From Nitrospira sp. (GTDB lineage: Bacteria; Nitrospirota; Nitrospiria; Nitrospirales; Nitrospiraceae), in assembly GCA_022842445.1 (NCBI GenBank), contig JALHPO010000001.1:144482-208481 (forward strand): a stretch of 64,000 bases of DNA. The letters run 5' to 3'. Below are positions 34,784 to 43,884 of this stretch, one piece after another. The notes under the pieces were generated by a model that was not told the origin of the DNA, did not search any database, and worked only from the letters and a program-made list of their open reading frames with translations. Position 1 is the stretch's first letter. Each line of letters starts with the position of its first letter. Made by a program: the position numbers and the translations under genes.

Positions 34784-36060
34784 CAGTCCGATCCTCCTGA
34801 TCCACCCACAAAGATGATCCGATAGGCCGCGAACGAGGCCCCGGCAATAATCAAGGAGCGCAACGCAACCAAGATCCCGTTCCAGGCCGTGAAGTCGAAC
34901 GAGAAGGTCCCCAGCAGGCCACTATTTAAGGTGTACGTAGGCGAGGTGCTGGGCCAGGTGAGCAGCTGGAGCGTGGAGAGGGCTCCCGCCAGTCCCGATC
35001 CTCTCCACGTCTCGATATGCGTCTGGAGGATCGACCCGAACGATCGCGCATCATGCTCACCACCCGTACACGTCGACACCGCTTCGCTGTCCTCCACCTG
35101 CGTCACACTCCCATCGGGGTTCGTGGTCGTCGTCGTCGTGGTGGTTTCACTCTGTGACTCTGTGGTCGTGTGAGGACCAGCTGGAGCAGGGGCAGAGGGA
35201 TTGACGACCGTATCACTCGGCGAGACGGATGATGCCGGGACGACCGCTGTCCCTACATCCGTGGCGTTCACCGGCACAGTAGCCACAGAGGAGGCCGGAG
35301 TCGGCGACACGCCCGCCCCGACTGCCGTGGTATTCGATTCCAGACTATCGGGGTCACTCGCAGGCAGACCCCGCACATAGTCGGTCAGACCCTGTGCATC
35401 GGCAGGGGTTGCAGGCAACTGGATCAGCGGAGGCGTCGCACTCGTGCGATAGGCCAGACACATCCCAGGCGCCCCTTCGCTGAACCACCCCGCCCATCCC
35501 GTCGGAGGAGCCCCAATCGACGGGTCACACCCGACACGGTCCGGACCAGAGTACACCGTGATGTATTCCACAGCCGTGAACGGCAGCGACGCACACTTCG
35601 GAGCTCCGGGGCAGGTATGCGGTGTGACTGGAAACGGGTACGGCAACGGCGTAGACCCATCGACGCTCAACGCGCCAGGGGTGGCCGCACCCGATTTGAT
35701 GGAATCCACCTGCGAAGCGGAGAGCACCACCTGCAGAAGCGTGAGCCCCGCCAGCACGCCCAAGGCCGGCCATCCCACGCTCGACGTGACCAAGCGCACC
35801 GCCACGGACCCAGGCCCCGACGCTTGCGCAATCGCGGCCCCCACCGCGCTACTGGTCAAGGATCGCTGCGCCACCGACAACGCATTCATCGACGATTGCG
35901 ACGCGATCCGCGCATAGCCGGTGGTTGAGAGCAGCGCCTGTGCCGGGGTCACGCAGAGCATGACCCCCAGCACCGCGATGAAGCCCACATAGGCCGAGAG
36001 GCTTAGTGCCGCCCGACCCAGAGGCCAATCAGAAATGTCGAGACGAAGAACAGCGCCCAC
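34783..36060 (-). CDS. pIII-like adsorption/minor coat protein
   Basis: 425 aa. N-terminal signal/TM (VGFIAVLGVMLCVTPAQA), Thr/Pro/Ser-rich linkers (SETTTTTTTTNPDGS) and a C-terminal TM anchor (ALRSLIIAGASFAAYRIIFVGG). Start uncertain (GTG at 36060). Confidence 0.5.
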   Translation of the reverse strand: MGAVLRLDISDWPLGRAALSLSAYVGFIAVLGVMLCVTPAQALLSTTGYARIASQSSMNALSVAQRSLTSSAVGAAIAQASGPGSVAVRLVTSSVGWPALGVLAGLTLLQVVLSASQVDSIKSGAATPGALSVDGSTPLPYPFPVTPHTCPGAPKCASLPFTAVEYITVYSGPDRVGCDPSIGAPPTGWAGWFSEGAPGMCLAYRTSATPPLIQLPATPADAQGLTDYVRGLPASDPDSLESNTTAVGAGVSPTPASSVATVPVNATDVGTAVVPASSVSPSDTVVNPSAPAPAGPHTTTESQSETTTTTTTTNPDGSVTQVEDSEAVSTCTGGEHDARSFGSILQTHIETWRGSGLAGALSTLQLLTWPSTSPTYTLNSGLLGTFSFDFTAWNGILVALRSLIIAGASFAAYRIIFVGGSGGSD

Positions 36061-36098
36061 GTGAGTTGCTCCGAGACAGTTAAGTCAGTCCAGACCAT
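36003..36098 (-). CDS. tiny hydrophobic ORF (31 aa), pVII/pIX-like
   Basis: My translation is MVWTDLTVSEQLTWALFFVSTFLIGLWVGRH. It lies between the ssDNA-binding-sized gene and the adsorption-like gene and overlaps the latter's annotated start. Confidence 0.25.
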   Translation of the reverse strand: MVWTDLTVSEQLTWALFFVSTFLIGLWVGRH

Positions 36099-36113
36099 CG
36101 CGTTATCCTCGCC

Positions 36114-36413
36114 TTACGACTTGGCCTGGTCCTTGCCGGACGCGGCCATCGCACCGGTGACAGGTTGATAGCCGGTCACATCCAGAAACCGTTGCCCCTT
36201 GTACTCCCGAAGATTGATGGTCACGTGCGCGAGCTTCATCTTGTTGGCCTCCATGAGCTTGTAGAGCGATTCATGCTCATCGGAGACGCTCGCTTCGAGG
36301 GTGGTGGTGTCTTCCTCGAAATAGAGCACGGCATTGCGGAAGATGCGTTTCCCGTCCTGACTCGGTCTCGACTTGACGCCCATCACCACACAATTCGCGA
36401 CGAACTTCGACAT
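36114..36413 (-). CDS. putative ssDNA-binding protein (gVp-like by size and position)
   Basis: ORF 36114..36515 trimmed to MSKFVANCVVMGVK..., which has a perfect AAGGAGG RBS. It is 99 aa and sits immediately downstream of rep. No sequence motif recognised. Confidence 0.4.
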   Translation of the reverse strand: MSKFVANCVVMGVKSRPSQDGKRIFRNAVLYFEEDTTTLEASVSDEHESLYKLMEANKMKLAHVTINLREYKGQRFLDVTGYQPVTGAMAASGKDQAKS

Positions 36414-36542
36414 GATCGACCCCTCCTTGTAATTAGTTGGACCACTGAAACCAGCCCCGCTTAAAGCAGGACCACAAAAACACCCAGACCGTCCGACAGC
36501 TCCGACACCGGCCACGCAATCGCGGCCCGCACATGTAGAGCT

Positions 36543-37580
36543 TCAGGTACCCGGTGCGGCATATCCGGCAGAGAATCCGTCTCTGGGATTCCACCACCGG
36601 ATCTTCCGCTTGGCTGTCTGGGCGTCCCGGCCACTCGCTAAGAGGGCCAGATGTTTGCTTCGCCATCGTTCCACTCCATCGACAATTGTTTTGACGAGCC
36701 ACCGTTCACCCGCTTCCGGATGGGCACACAACAGTCCCAACATGGGGGAGAGACTCTTTTCTGCCCACCGCTTGACCTCTTCGATCTTCTTCACGGACTT
36801 GGCAATGTCGAGACGTGCCCGCTGCATGCCCTCCGTCAGGACCTTCCACCAGTCCAAAAGAGGCGCGTAGTACCGATCTTTCGGATCATCGGCTCTGGTG
36901 CAGTCGCGGAAATCGACGGCACTGCGAAACACCCCGACGATGTATTTCTGAAACGAGTCCTGATCCAAGCCGGACAAGGCCATGCCCACAGCCTGGGCCC
37001 GTTCCGCTTTCCATTCCATTTCCCAACGAATCCATGGCCCTTCGACCGGTTTGTCCTTGGAGCGTTGTTCGGCGGCTTTGTCGTAGATGCGGAGATACGT
37101 ATCCGACTGGCGGGAACCCAGGCAGATGGTTTTGCCGGTATCTGAGCCGGAGCCCAGATCAAGCCCTGAGATCATGCGTGATTGGCGGAAATGCGACACG
37201 CAGTTCCCTTTGACCACCGAGGCATAGATGCGATCGATATCAATCAGGCCGCTGCGATCATCCAAAGCCACATCAATCCGTCCGAAATGGCCTTTCTTCT
37301 CAATCACCCAACTGGCCACTTGTTTGAACTGGTCGTAGGTCCAGCCACTGATGAGTTCTTGTGAGAGATCGACATGCACTTCACGGGGATTGCGTTTCGC
37401 TCCCGTGCCGATCCGGCCAAGGCCACCCGTGTTCCCACGGGACAACCAGGCTTGGGCATAGCCCTGAAAGCCTTTGTGATCCTTGATCCAGTCGGACCCG
37501 ACGAGAGACATGATCTCCTCGACGGTGGCCTCAGGAACGGTGAACCGAAACCAGCCGATGACACAGGTCCAGAGACTCAT
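36543..37580 (-). CDS. rolling-circle replication initiator (Rep_trans / RstA-like)
   Basis: MSLWTCVIGWFRFTVPE..., GRIDVALDD and TICLGSRQSDTYLRIYDKAAEQ match the Rep_trans pattern (idWl.fT, R.DiA.D, G.T.Y.Gsr.S....RiYdK) that I associate with CTX/Pf-type phage initiators. Confidence 0.8.
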   Translation of the reverse strand: MSLWTCVIGWFRFTVPEATVEEIMSLVGSDWIKDHKGFQGYAQAWLSRGNTGGLGRIGTGAKRNPREVHVDLSQELISGWTYDQFKQVASWVIEKKGHFGRIDVALDDRSGLIDIDRIYASVVKGNCVSHFRQSRMISGLDLGSGSDTGKTICLGSRQSDTYLRIYDKAAEQRSKDKPVEGPWIRWEMEWKAERAQAVGMALSGLDQDSFQKYIVGVFRSAVDFRDCTRADDPKDRYYAPLLDWWKVLTEGMQRARLDIAKSVKKIEEVKRWAEKSLSPMLGLLCAHPEAGERWLVKTIVDGVERWRSKHLALLASGRDAQTAKRKIRWWNPRDGFSAGYAAPGT

Positions 37581-37885
37581 GGCTTCCTCCTAAGGGCACC
37601 TTGGAAATTCCGCCCCCGTTTTACTAATCGGGGGCTGTCGGGCTGAGCGCGCCGCCGGCTCTCGCCGCCGGGCGCGCGGCTCTCCCCCTGCTGTGATGTG
37701 GTCTCTCCGAAGTGACCCTGTCCGTTCCGCCTCATCGCCTCCTTGACCTGCTCCACGTCGAAGCGGACAGACCGGAAGAGGCGCTCGACAGGGATCTCGC
37801 CACTGAGATAGGCCCGGCGGATGGTCTTAATGCTCACTTTGAGGGCCGAGGCCAGTTCGTGAATGGTCAGCCACGATGCTTTCAT
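37577..37885 (-). CDS. excisionase-family HTH DNA-binding protein (phage regulator)
   Basis: ORF 37577..37927 trimmed to MKASWLTIHELASALKVSIKTIRRAYLSGEIPVERLFRSVRFDVEQV. Its stop overlaps the rep start. Confidence 0.6.
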   Translation of the reverse strand: MKASWLTIHELASALKVSIKTIRRAYLSGEIPVERLFRSVRFDVEQVKEAMRRNGQGHFGETTSQQGESRAPGGESRRRAQPDSPRLVKRGRNFQGALRRKP

Positions 37886-38585
37886 TCGTCTCCTCGTTTC
37901 GCTGTGGCTCAACATGGTCCCGACCATACTGATGCCGACGGAGCTGAGGAAAGTACCCGTGAGGGGTCAGGAAAGGTCAGCAGAGGACACGAAGGGACTG
38001 TAGTGCTGAGCAGTGATGGTGATGAGTTATGCGGTCACTCCCCGCTCCTTCGTCTCCGGTGATTCGTGAGACGAAGTGTCTTGAATCACGAACCCCTCGC
38101 CAGATGCAACGACTAGCGTATCGGAACACTGTGGAGTTTTCGGGCCGAGGGAAACGAATGAGAACGATTGAGCAGGAAATGTCAGCAACGAACTGGATGT
38201 TTGTGAGGTCAGGCCAAGAATAATTTGGACCTAGGCCGAATGGATCTAGTTCGGTCTCGTTTCCTGTCAGGGGAGACGACGCTTTTGTCCAGCTTTCGAT
38301 ACGGTGGTCATCCGCCTCAACCCTGGTGATTTCTCAAGGGAAAAGGGGTATTCTGCGGCGGCAAAGCCTTTAACTGACGGATGTATTTATAAATGCCCAG
38401 ACTCGATAGGAAGTCACTCAGCGAACGTTGCATCTGTACCAAGTTCACCACACCCGCCGTCGAGCAGGCAGGGGACAGGTTTTATACGGGCCAGATAATG
38501 TACGCTTAGATGACACGTCACGATCGCTGGAGGTATCCAGCCCTTGTTTATGGCCAAGGATGCTTAGCGGAGGTTTCAATCGCTC

Positions 38586-40583
38586 ATGATCGACTACGCG
38601 CAAGGTAATATTTCTGAAGCATTTAACTCAATGCTCCGTGCGGACTACATTTCGCTCAATGATATTGAGAAGTTGAATCTTCTCTCTCGATACTACGTCG
38701 ACTATTTCGGCGTGCTTCCTGAAGTATTGTCCGACACTGATCAGCTGATTGTCGGTAGGCGTGGAACCGGAAAGACCACACTGGTGTATCGCGCCTTCGT
38801 TGGATGTATGGAATCCTGGAATGACGAACACCCCGACAATATTGCCCCGAAGGCCCGGACTCTCGGGATATATGTCGATCTTAGCAAGTGCCAGTACATC
38901 GACGATGTTCCCGATGGTGATTTTGCAGCGTTTGAACACGCATTCGTGAGCGAGGTTTGTGATGCGATCGGGGACCAACTGACTCGATTCTGGCCTGCCT
39001 TGGCGCAGGAACCGGGATTCTTCGCTAAGCTGTTTAGGGCAGCGGAAAGCAATCGAGTTGCGGAAGTGCGTGGTGTGCTTGATCGGATTGGGCAACTGCT
39101 CAGGGAGGGTTTGCCTCGCGTTGTCGACCAGTCTGCACCCATTCAAGCGAAGGATGTGATGTCCTCAACTCAAACACGATCTGCGGAGCTGGGAGGAAGT
39201 ATCAACCCAACGGAGGCTTCGGTTGCCACCAAGCTTAATGAGGGGAAGAGTGACTCCCAGAGCACTGAGCGTAGCTACAGTACGCGGACGAGCTACAGGC
39301 TCACGGTGTCGGACGTTCTGCGTATTCTTGGCGATCTACGAGAGAAAGCACAATTGTCGGGGACATATCTGTTCATCGACGAATTCTCAGCCCTCTCGAC
39401 AGATCTCCAAAGGCGCTTCTCGACGCTGCTCAAGAAGCTCCTGGGGTCACATGCCGGCGTCTTCGTTAAGCTCTGTGCCATCACCGACAAATACACGCTC
39501 GGCAGTTCGATTATCCTTCAGCGAGACCTGTTTGAGTTGTCGCTCGATCTTGACGCTTTCGTGGAGCGCTCACATTCCCTCAACGACGCAATGGACGGAT
39601 TGCGCGACTACTCCGAGAAAATTGTCCGTTCACGATTACAAGCCTACAGCTGTCCACCGCCAGAGGAAGTCTTTGATGAGCTGGACGAGACCTACAAATT
39701 GCTCAGCAAGTCAGCGATGGGGGTGCCGCGTACATTGGGCATTGTACTCAAGCAGGCATGGAGCCGTTCTCGTCAGGGCCAAGAGCGCAAGATCCGAAAG
39801 TCTGACATCTCCTCCGGGGTGCGATATGCCTCAACTGCCTACCTCAACCAATTGATAGGGGCAGCACGCGATGGCGTAGCGATCCCAGCATTCCATGCGG
39901 ACATGTGGAACGCTCTATTAACTCGCGCACAGCAAGAAAAAGCCAAAGTGCCTGAGGCAGCCGCAAGCCATTTCCTGATTCTTACACGCAATGAACAAAT
40001 GTTGAGCATGCTCAACATGTTCTTTCTGGTACATTTGCTTACGAAGGGCAGAACCACGAAGAAGGAGCGGTCCACCCGCAGTCTCTACTGCTTTGACTTC
40101 GGCGTCTGCGAAGAAAACAATCTAGGGTTTACCACTGACAAAAATGTCATAAGGCAACAGCGTTTTGCGTACGACGACGCTCTTGTCCGTTTCGAAAAGT
40201 ACTTCGGCGTAACAGCTGAGGCGACGTTCCGTTGTCCCCAGTGCGGAACGGTATATAGCGAGAGCGAGCTAGTGGTTGCCGGAACGCAACTCTCATTCTG
40301 CCCACGCGACAAGGCCGATCTCGTGAGCCAGGCCGGCGCCGTTACTGGAGCGCAATATACTGAAGAGGAAACGAAGATCATTGGGACGATCCGGTCAGCG
40401 GGTCGAGGTGATCGCGTGTTTGCCCGGCAAATCGCTGACGATGTCGGCTGCTACGTCCAGAAGGTTTCAAAGTTTGGAGAAAAACTTGACAGGAGTGGGC
40501 TCGCGAAGCGTGAGCCCGACCCAACTGAGAACAAGCTATTCTACTACAGCGGAGGCTCTAGCAAGGAGAGCAGCACGCCCTAG
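38586..40583 (+). CDS. P-loop ATPase (ORC/Cdc6-like by eye) with C-terminal zinc ribbon and wHTH; function unknown
   Basis: 665 aa. Walker A is VGRRGTGKTTLVYRAF, Walker B is YLFIDEFSAL, the Zn ribbon is FRCPQCGTVYSE...LSFCPRDKADL, and the C-terminal wHTH-like stretch is EEETKIIGTIRSAGRGDRVFARQIADDVGCYVQKVSKFGEKLDRSGLAKRE. Confidence 0.6.
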   Translation: MIDYAQGNISEAFNSMLRADYISLNDIEKLNLLSRYYVDYFGVLPEVLSDTDQLIVGRRGTGKTTLVYRAFVGCMESWNDEHPDNIAPKARTLGIYVDLSKCQYIDDVPDGDFAAFEHAFVSEVCDAIGDQLTRFWPALAQEPGFFAKLFRAAESNRVAEVRGVLDRIGQLLREGLPRVVDQSAPIQAKDVMSSTQTRSAELGGSINPTEASVATKLNEGKSDSQSTERSYSTRTSYRLTVSDVLRILGDLREKAQLSGTYLFIDEFSALSTDLQRRFSTLLKKLLGSHAGVFVKLCAITDKYTLGSSIILQRDLFELSLDLDAFVERSHSLNDAMDGLRDYSEKIVRSRLQAYSCPPPEEVFDELDETYKLLSKSAMGVPRTLGIVLKQAWSRSRQGQERKIRKSDISSGVRYASTAYLNQLIGAARDGVAIPAFHADMWNALLTRAQQEKAKVPEAAASHFLILTRNEQMLSMLNMFFLVHLLTKGRTTKKERSTRSLYCFDFGVCEENNLGFTTDKNVIRQQRFAYDDALVRFEKYFGVTAEATFRCPQCGTVYSESELVVAGTQLSFCPRDKADLVSQAGAVTGAQYTEEETKIIGTIRSAGRGDRVFARQIADDVGCYVQKVSKFGEKLDRSGLAKREPDPTENKLFYYSGGSSKESSTP

Positions 40584-40756
40584 AGTTTGTGCTTTGTGCT
40601 CGACCATCTAATTAGCATATCGAGACCGACGCGCAATGCAAAAGGACGCGCCCGACTCATGCTCAAAGTGTTAGCCCTGGGAATCACCGGCGTGGCTGAA
40701 AGTGTTGTCGGTTGCTGCGGTTGAATTTCTTTACGGGCAATCACCTGCCTGAACTG

Positions 40757-43084
40757 ATGAATGAGAGAAACGAGGAGATAGTGGATCAAGCAACTCATAA
40801 CAAAATCGTCTCCTTCATCTGGGGGATCGCCGACGATGTGCTGCGCGATTTGTTCAAGCGCGGTAAGTACCCGGATGTGATCCTGCCGATGTGCGTGATC
40901 CGTCGCATGGACGCGGTGCTCGAGCCGACCAAGCAGAAGGTGCTGGATACCAAGAAGATGCTCGACAAGGCGCACATTACCGAGCAGCGTGCGGCGCTCT
41001 GTGAAGCTTCGGGTCAGGCATTTTACAACACCTCGAACTTCACTCTGCGCGATCTCAGGTCTCGCGGAAGTCAGCAGCAGCTACTCGCCGACTTCGAGGA
41101 CTACCTCAACGGCTTCTCACCCAATGTTCAGGAAATCATTGAGAATTTCAAGTTCCGGAATCAGCTGCACACGCTCTCTAAGGCCGATGCAATCGGGACG
41201 CTGATCAACAAGTTCCTAGACCCGGAGATCGACCTCTCGCCAGCTAACATCGATAACCATGCGATGGGCACAATTTTTGAGCACCTAGTCCTCAAGTTCA
41301 ACGAGGAGAACAACGAGGAGGCGGGCGAACACTGGACGCCGCGCGACGCCGTTCGCCTGATGGCGAACCTCGTGTTCCTGCCGATTGAGGCCGAGATCAG
41401 GTCGGGCACCTACCTGCTGTACGACTGCGCTTGCGGCACGGGCGGCATGCTCACGGTCGCAGAGGAGACACTGACGGCTATTGGCGCGAAGCGCGGTCAG
41501 CAGGTCAAGTGCCTGCTCTATGGTCAGGAGATCAACCCCGAGACCTACGCCGTCTGCAAGGCGGATATGCTGCTGAAGGGCGAAGGCGAAAGCGCCGACC
41601 ACATTGTTGGTGGCGCGGAATGGTCCACGCTCGCGCACGATGCCTTCCCTGCGCAAGGGTTCGACTTCATGCTCGCCAATCCGCCCTACGGGAAGAGCTG
41701 GAAGAAGGATCTCGAAGCGATGGGCGGCAAGGACGGGATGCGCGACCCGCGCTTCAAAGTGATGCACCAGGGCGAAGAGCTGTCGCTCGTCACCCGCTCC
41801 AGCGACGGCCAGATGCTCTTCCTCGCCAACATGGCGTCGAAGATGAACGAGAAGTCGGCGCTCGGCAGCCGCATCGCCGAGGTGCACAACGGCTCGTCGC
41901 TCTTCACCGGCGACGCCGGCCAGGGCGAGAGCAACATCCGACGCTGGCTGATCGAGAACGACTGGCTTGAGGCCATTGTCGCGCTGCCGCTCAACCTCTT
42001 TTACAACACCGGTATCGCCACCTACGTCTGGGTGCTGTCCAATAAGAAGCCCTCACACCGCAAGGGCCACGTGCAGCTCATCGACGCTAGCCAGTGGTTC
42101 AAGCCATTGCGGAAGAATCTTGGCAAGAAGAACTGTGAGCTTTCCCCTGGGGATATTGAACGCATCAGCCGCACCTTCCTCGATTTCAAGGAGGCGCCCG
42201 AGTCGAAGATCTTCCCCAACGCCGCCTTTGGCTACTGGAAGGTCACGGTCGAGCGCCCGCTTCGCCTGCACAGCCAGCTCACGCTCAAGGCTATCGAAAC
42301 GCTGCGCTTCACCTCAGGCGACGAGGACATTCGGGCGTCCCTGTACGAGGAGTTCGGCGATGACCTCTTCAATAACTTCGCCAAGGTCTCATCTCAGCTC
42401 GAAAAGCGCCTGGCCGACTGGGGGAACGACGAAGACGAAGGCGATGATGAAGAAGGTGCTAGTGCGAAGAAGGGCTTGCCTGAGAAGAAGAAAAAGAAAC
42501 TGCTCGATCCCAAAACCTGGGAGCGCGATGGCCGCTTGGTCGAAGTCGCCACGAAGCTGCGCGAGGCCTTGGGCGATCAGCTCTTCGAAGACCACAACAT
42601 CTTCCGCGACCGCGTTGAGGCCGCGCTCAAGAAGGCGGACATCAAGCTCGCTGCCGCCGACCTCAAGCAGATCCTCAAGGCCGTGAGTTGGCGCGTCGAG
42701 ACCGCTCCACCCGTCATTGCCAAGGTCCACAAGCCGGGCAAGGCCAAGGCCGATCCGCTTCGCGGCCTGTTAGAGGCGACGGTGGAAGGCAAGCCCGCGA
42801 TTGTCGAGTACGAGCCTGATTCCGACCTGCGAGATACCGAGCAAGTGCCGCTCTTGGAAGAAGGCGGCATCGAAGCCTTCATCCGCCGCGAGGTGCTGCC
42901 CTATACGCCCGATGCGTGGATCAAGGAAGACGCCACCAAGATCGGCTACGAGGTGAGCTTCACGCGGCACTTCTACAAGCCGCAGCCGCTGCGCACGCTG
43001 GAGGAGATCACCGCCGATATCCTGGCCATCGAGAGAGAGGCCGAGGGGCTGCTGGGTGAGATTATCGGGGAGAAATCACGATGA
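40757..43084 (+). CDS. hsdM: type I restriction-modification methyltransferase subunit HsdM
   Basis: ORF 40712..43084 trimmed to the ATG at 40757. N-terminal HsdM_N pattern IVSFIWGIADDVLRD, motif I YDCACGTGGML and motif IV FMLANPPYGKSW. Confidence 0.9.
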   Translation: MNERNEEIVDQATHNKIVSFIWGIADDVLRDLFKRGKYPDVILPMCVIRRMDAVLEPTKQKVLDTKKMLDKAHITEQRAALCEASGQAFYNTSNFTLRDLRSRGSQQQLLADFEDYLNGFSPNVQEIIENFKFRNQLHTLSKADAIGTLINKFLDPEIDLSPANIDNHAMGTIFEHLVLKFNEENNEEAGEHWTPRDAVRLMANLVFLPIEAEIRSGTYLLYDCACGTGGMLTVAEETLTAIGAKRGQQVKCLLYGQEINPETYAVCKADMLLKGEGESADHIVGGAEWSTLAHDAFPAQGFDFMLANPPYGKSWKKDLEAMGGKDGMRDPRFKVMHQGEELSLVTRSSDGQMLFLANMASKMNEKSALGSRIAEVHNGSSLFTGDAGQGESNIRRWLIENDWLEAIVALPLNLFYNTGIATYVWVLSNKKPSHRKGHVQLIDASQWFKPLRKNLGKKNCELSPGDIERISRTFLDFKEAPESKIFPNAAFGYWKVTVERPLRLHSQLTLKAIETLRFTSGDEDIRASLYEEFGDDLFNNFAKVSSQLEKRLADWGNDEDEGDDEEGASAKKGLPEKKKKKLLDPKTWERDGRLVEVATKLREALGDQLFEDHNIFRDRVEAALKKADIKLAAADLKQILKAVSWRVETAPPVIAKVHKPGKAKADPLRGLLEATVEGKPAIVEYEPDSDLRDTEQVPLLEEGGIEAFIRREVLPYTPDAWIKEDATKIGYEVSFTRHFYKPQPLRTLEEITADILAIEREAEGLLGEIIGEKSR

Positions 43085-43884
43085 ATGCCGTGCCATCCTT
43101 CCCGGAAGGACAGATTGAAGCATTGGCACGCTTGCTAGGCGAATGTGGGTCCGGGACGGACATCTCCCGTGTATTGAACGATCGTGGGCTGGCGGACGCA
43201 TCCGGTGAGTCCACCAAGTGGCGTCGCCTCTATTGGGTATTTCTCGAATCGCAAAAGCAGCATCAATGCGCAAATCGCGTGCTCGACTTCATTCAATCCT
43301 TCTTGATTCCTGCCCGCTTTGTTGGACGGAGTACAGAGTTTGAGGCGAATCGACAAGAACTCAATATGATCCTGGCCTTTTCCGGTCTCGAATACGGCCA
43401 GGATGGAAAATTCAGACAACGTGAGGCCGCACGAACACTCGATGAGGCCGAGAGACGTGTCCGAACCATTCGGGCCAAATTCCAGGGGCGCCGCATACAT
43501 CCCGAAGTATTGAAGTACTGCCGAACCGAGCTGCTCCAAGACAACTACTTTCACGCCGTTTTCGAATCCAGCAAAGGGCTTGCCCAGAGAATACGCGATC
43601 TATCTGGAATCTCGGCTGATGGCGCTGCACTAGTCGATCATGCCTTTTCGATCGAGTGCCCGCTTCTTGCCATCAATACGCTACGGACCGATACAGAGAA
43701 GACTGAGCACAAAGGCTTTGCCGCTCTTCTGAAAGGATGCTTCGGGGCTGTCCGGAATCCTCTTGCGCACGAACCGAAGATTCTCTGGGACGGCGAAGAC
43801 GATGCTGCCGATTATCTATCCCTAATTTCACTGCTGCATCGCAAGCTGGATAATGCTACGACGACAGGATTCAGAACAGAATGA
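43081..43884 (+). CDS. TIGR02391 (Ymh)-family protein, HEPN-like
   Basis: NYFHAVFESSKGLAQRIRDLSG...HKGFAALLKGCFGAVRNPLAHE...AADYLSLISLLHRKLD includes an RNPLAH (Rx4H) motif. It has 4-nt overlaps with hsdM and hsdS. Confidence 0.65.
   Translation: MNAVPSFPEGQIEALARLLGECGSGTDISRVLNDRGLADASGESTKWRRLYWVFLESQKQHQCANRVLDFIQSFLIPARFVGRSTEFEANRQELNMILAFSGLEYGQDGKFRQREAARTLDEAERRVRTIRAKFQGRRIHPEVLKYCRTELLQDNYFHAVFESSKGLAQRIRDLSGISADGAALVDHAFSIECPLLAINTLRTDTEKTEHKGFAALLKGCFGAVRNPLAHEPKILWDGEDDAADYLSLISLLHRKLDNATTTGFRTE

Larger units (their letters stand above)
32796..37885 (-). mobile_element. filamentous (Inoviridae-like) prophage core module
   Basis: Co-directional, tightly packed genes for HTH, Rep_trans initiator, small OB-sized protein, tiny hydrophobic ORF, large adsorption-like protein, pVI-like protein, Zot/pI ATPase, tiny hydrophobic ORF and two coat-like proteins. 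No secretin gene. Confidence 0.75.
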
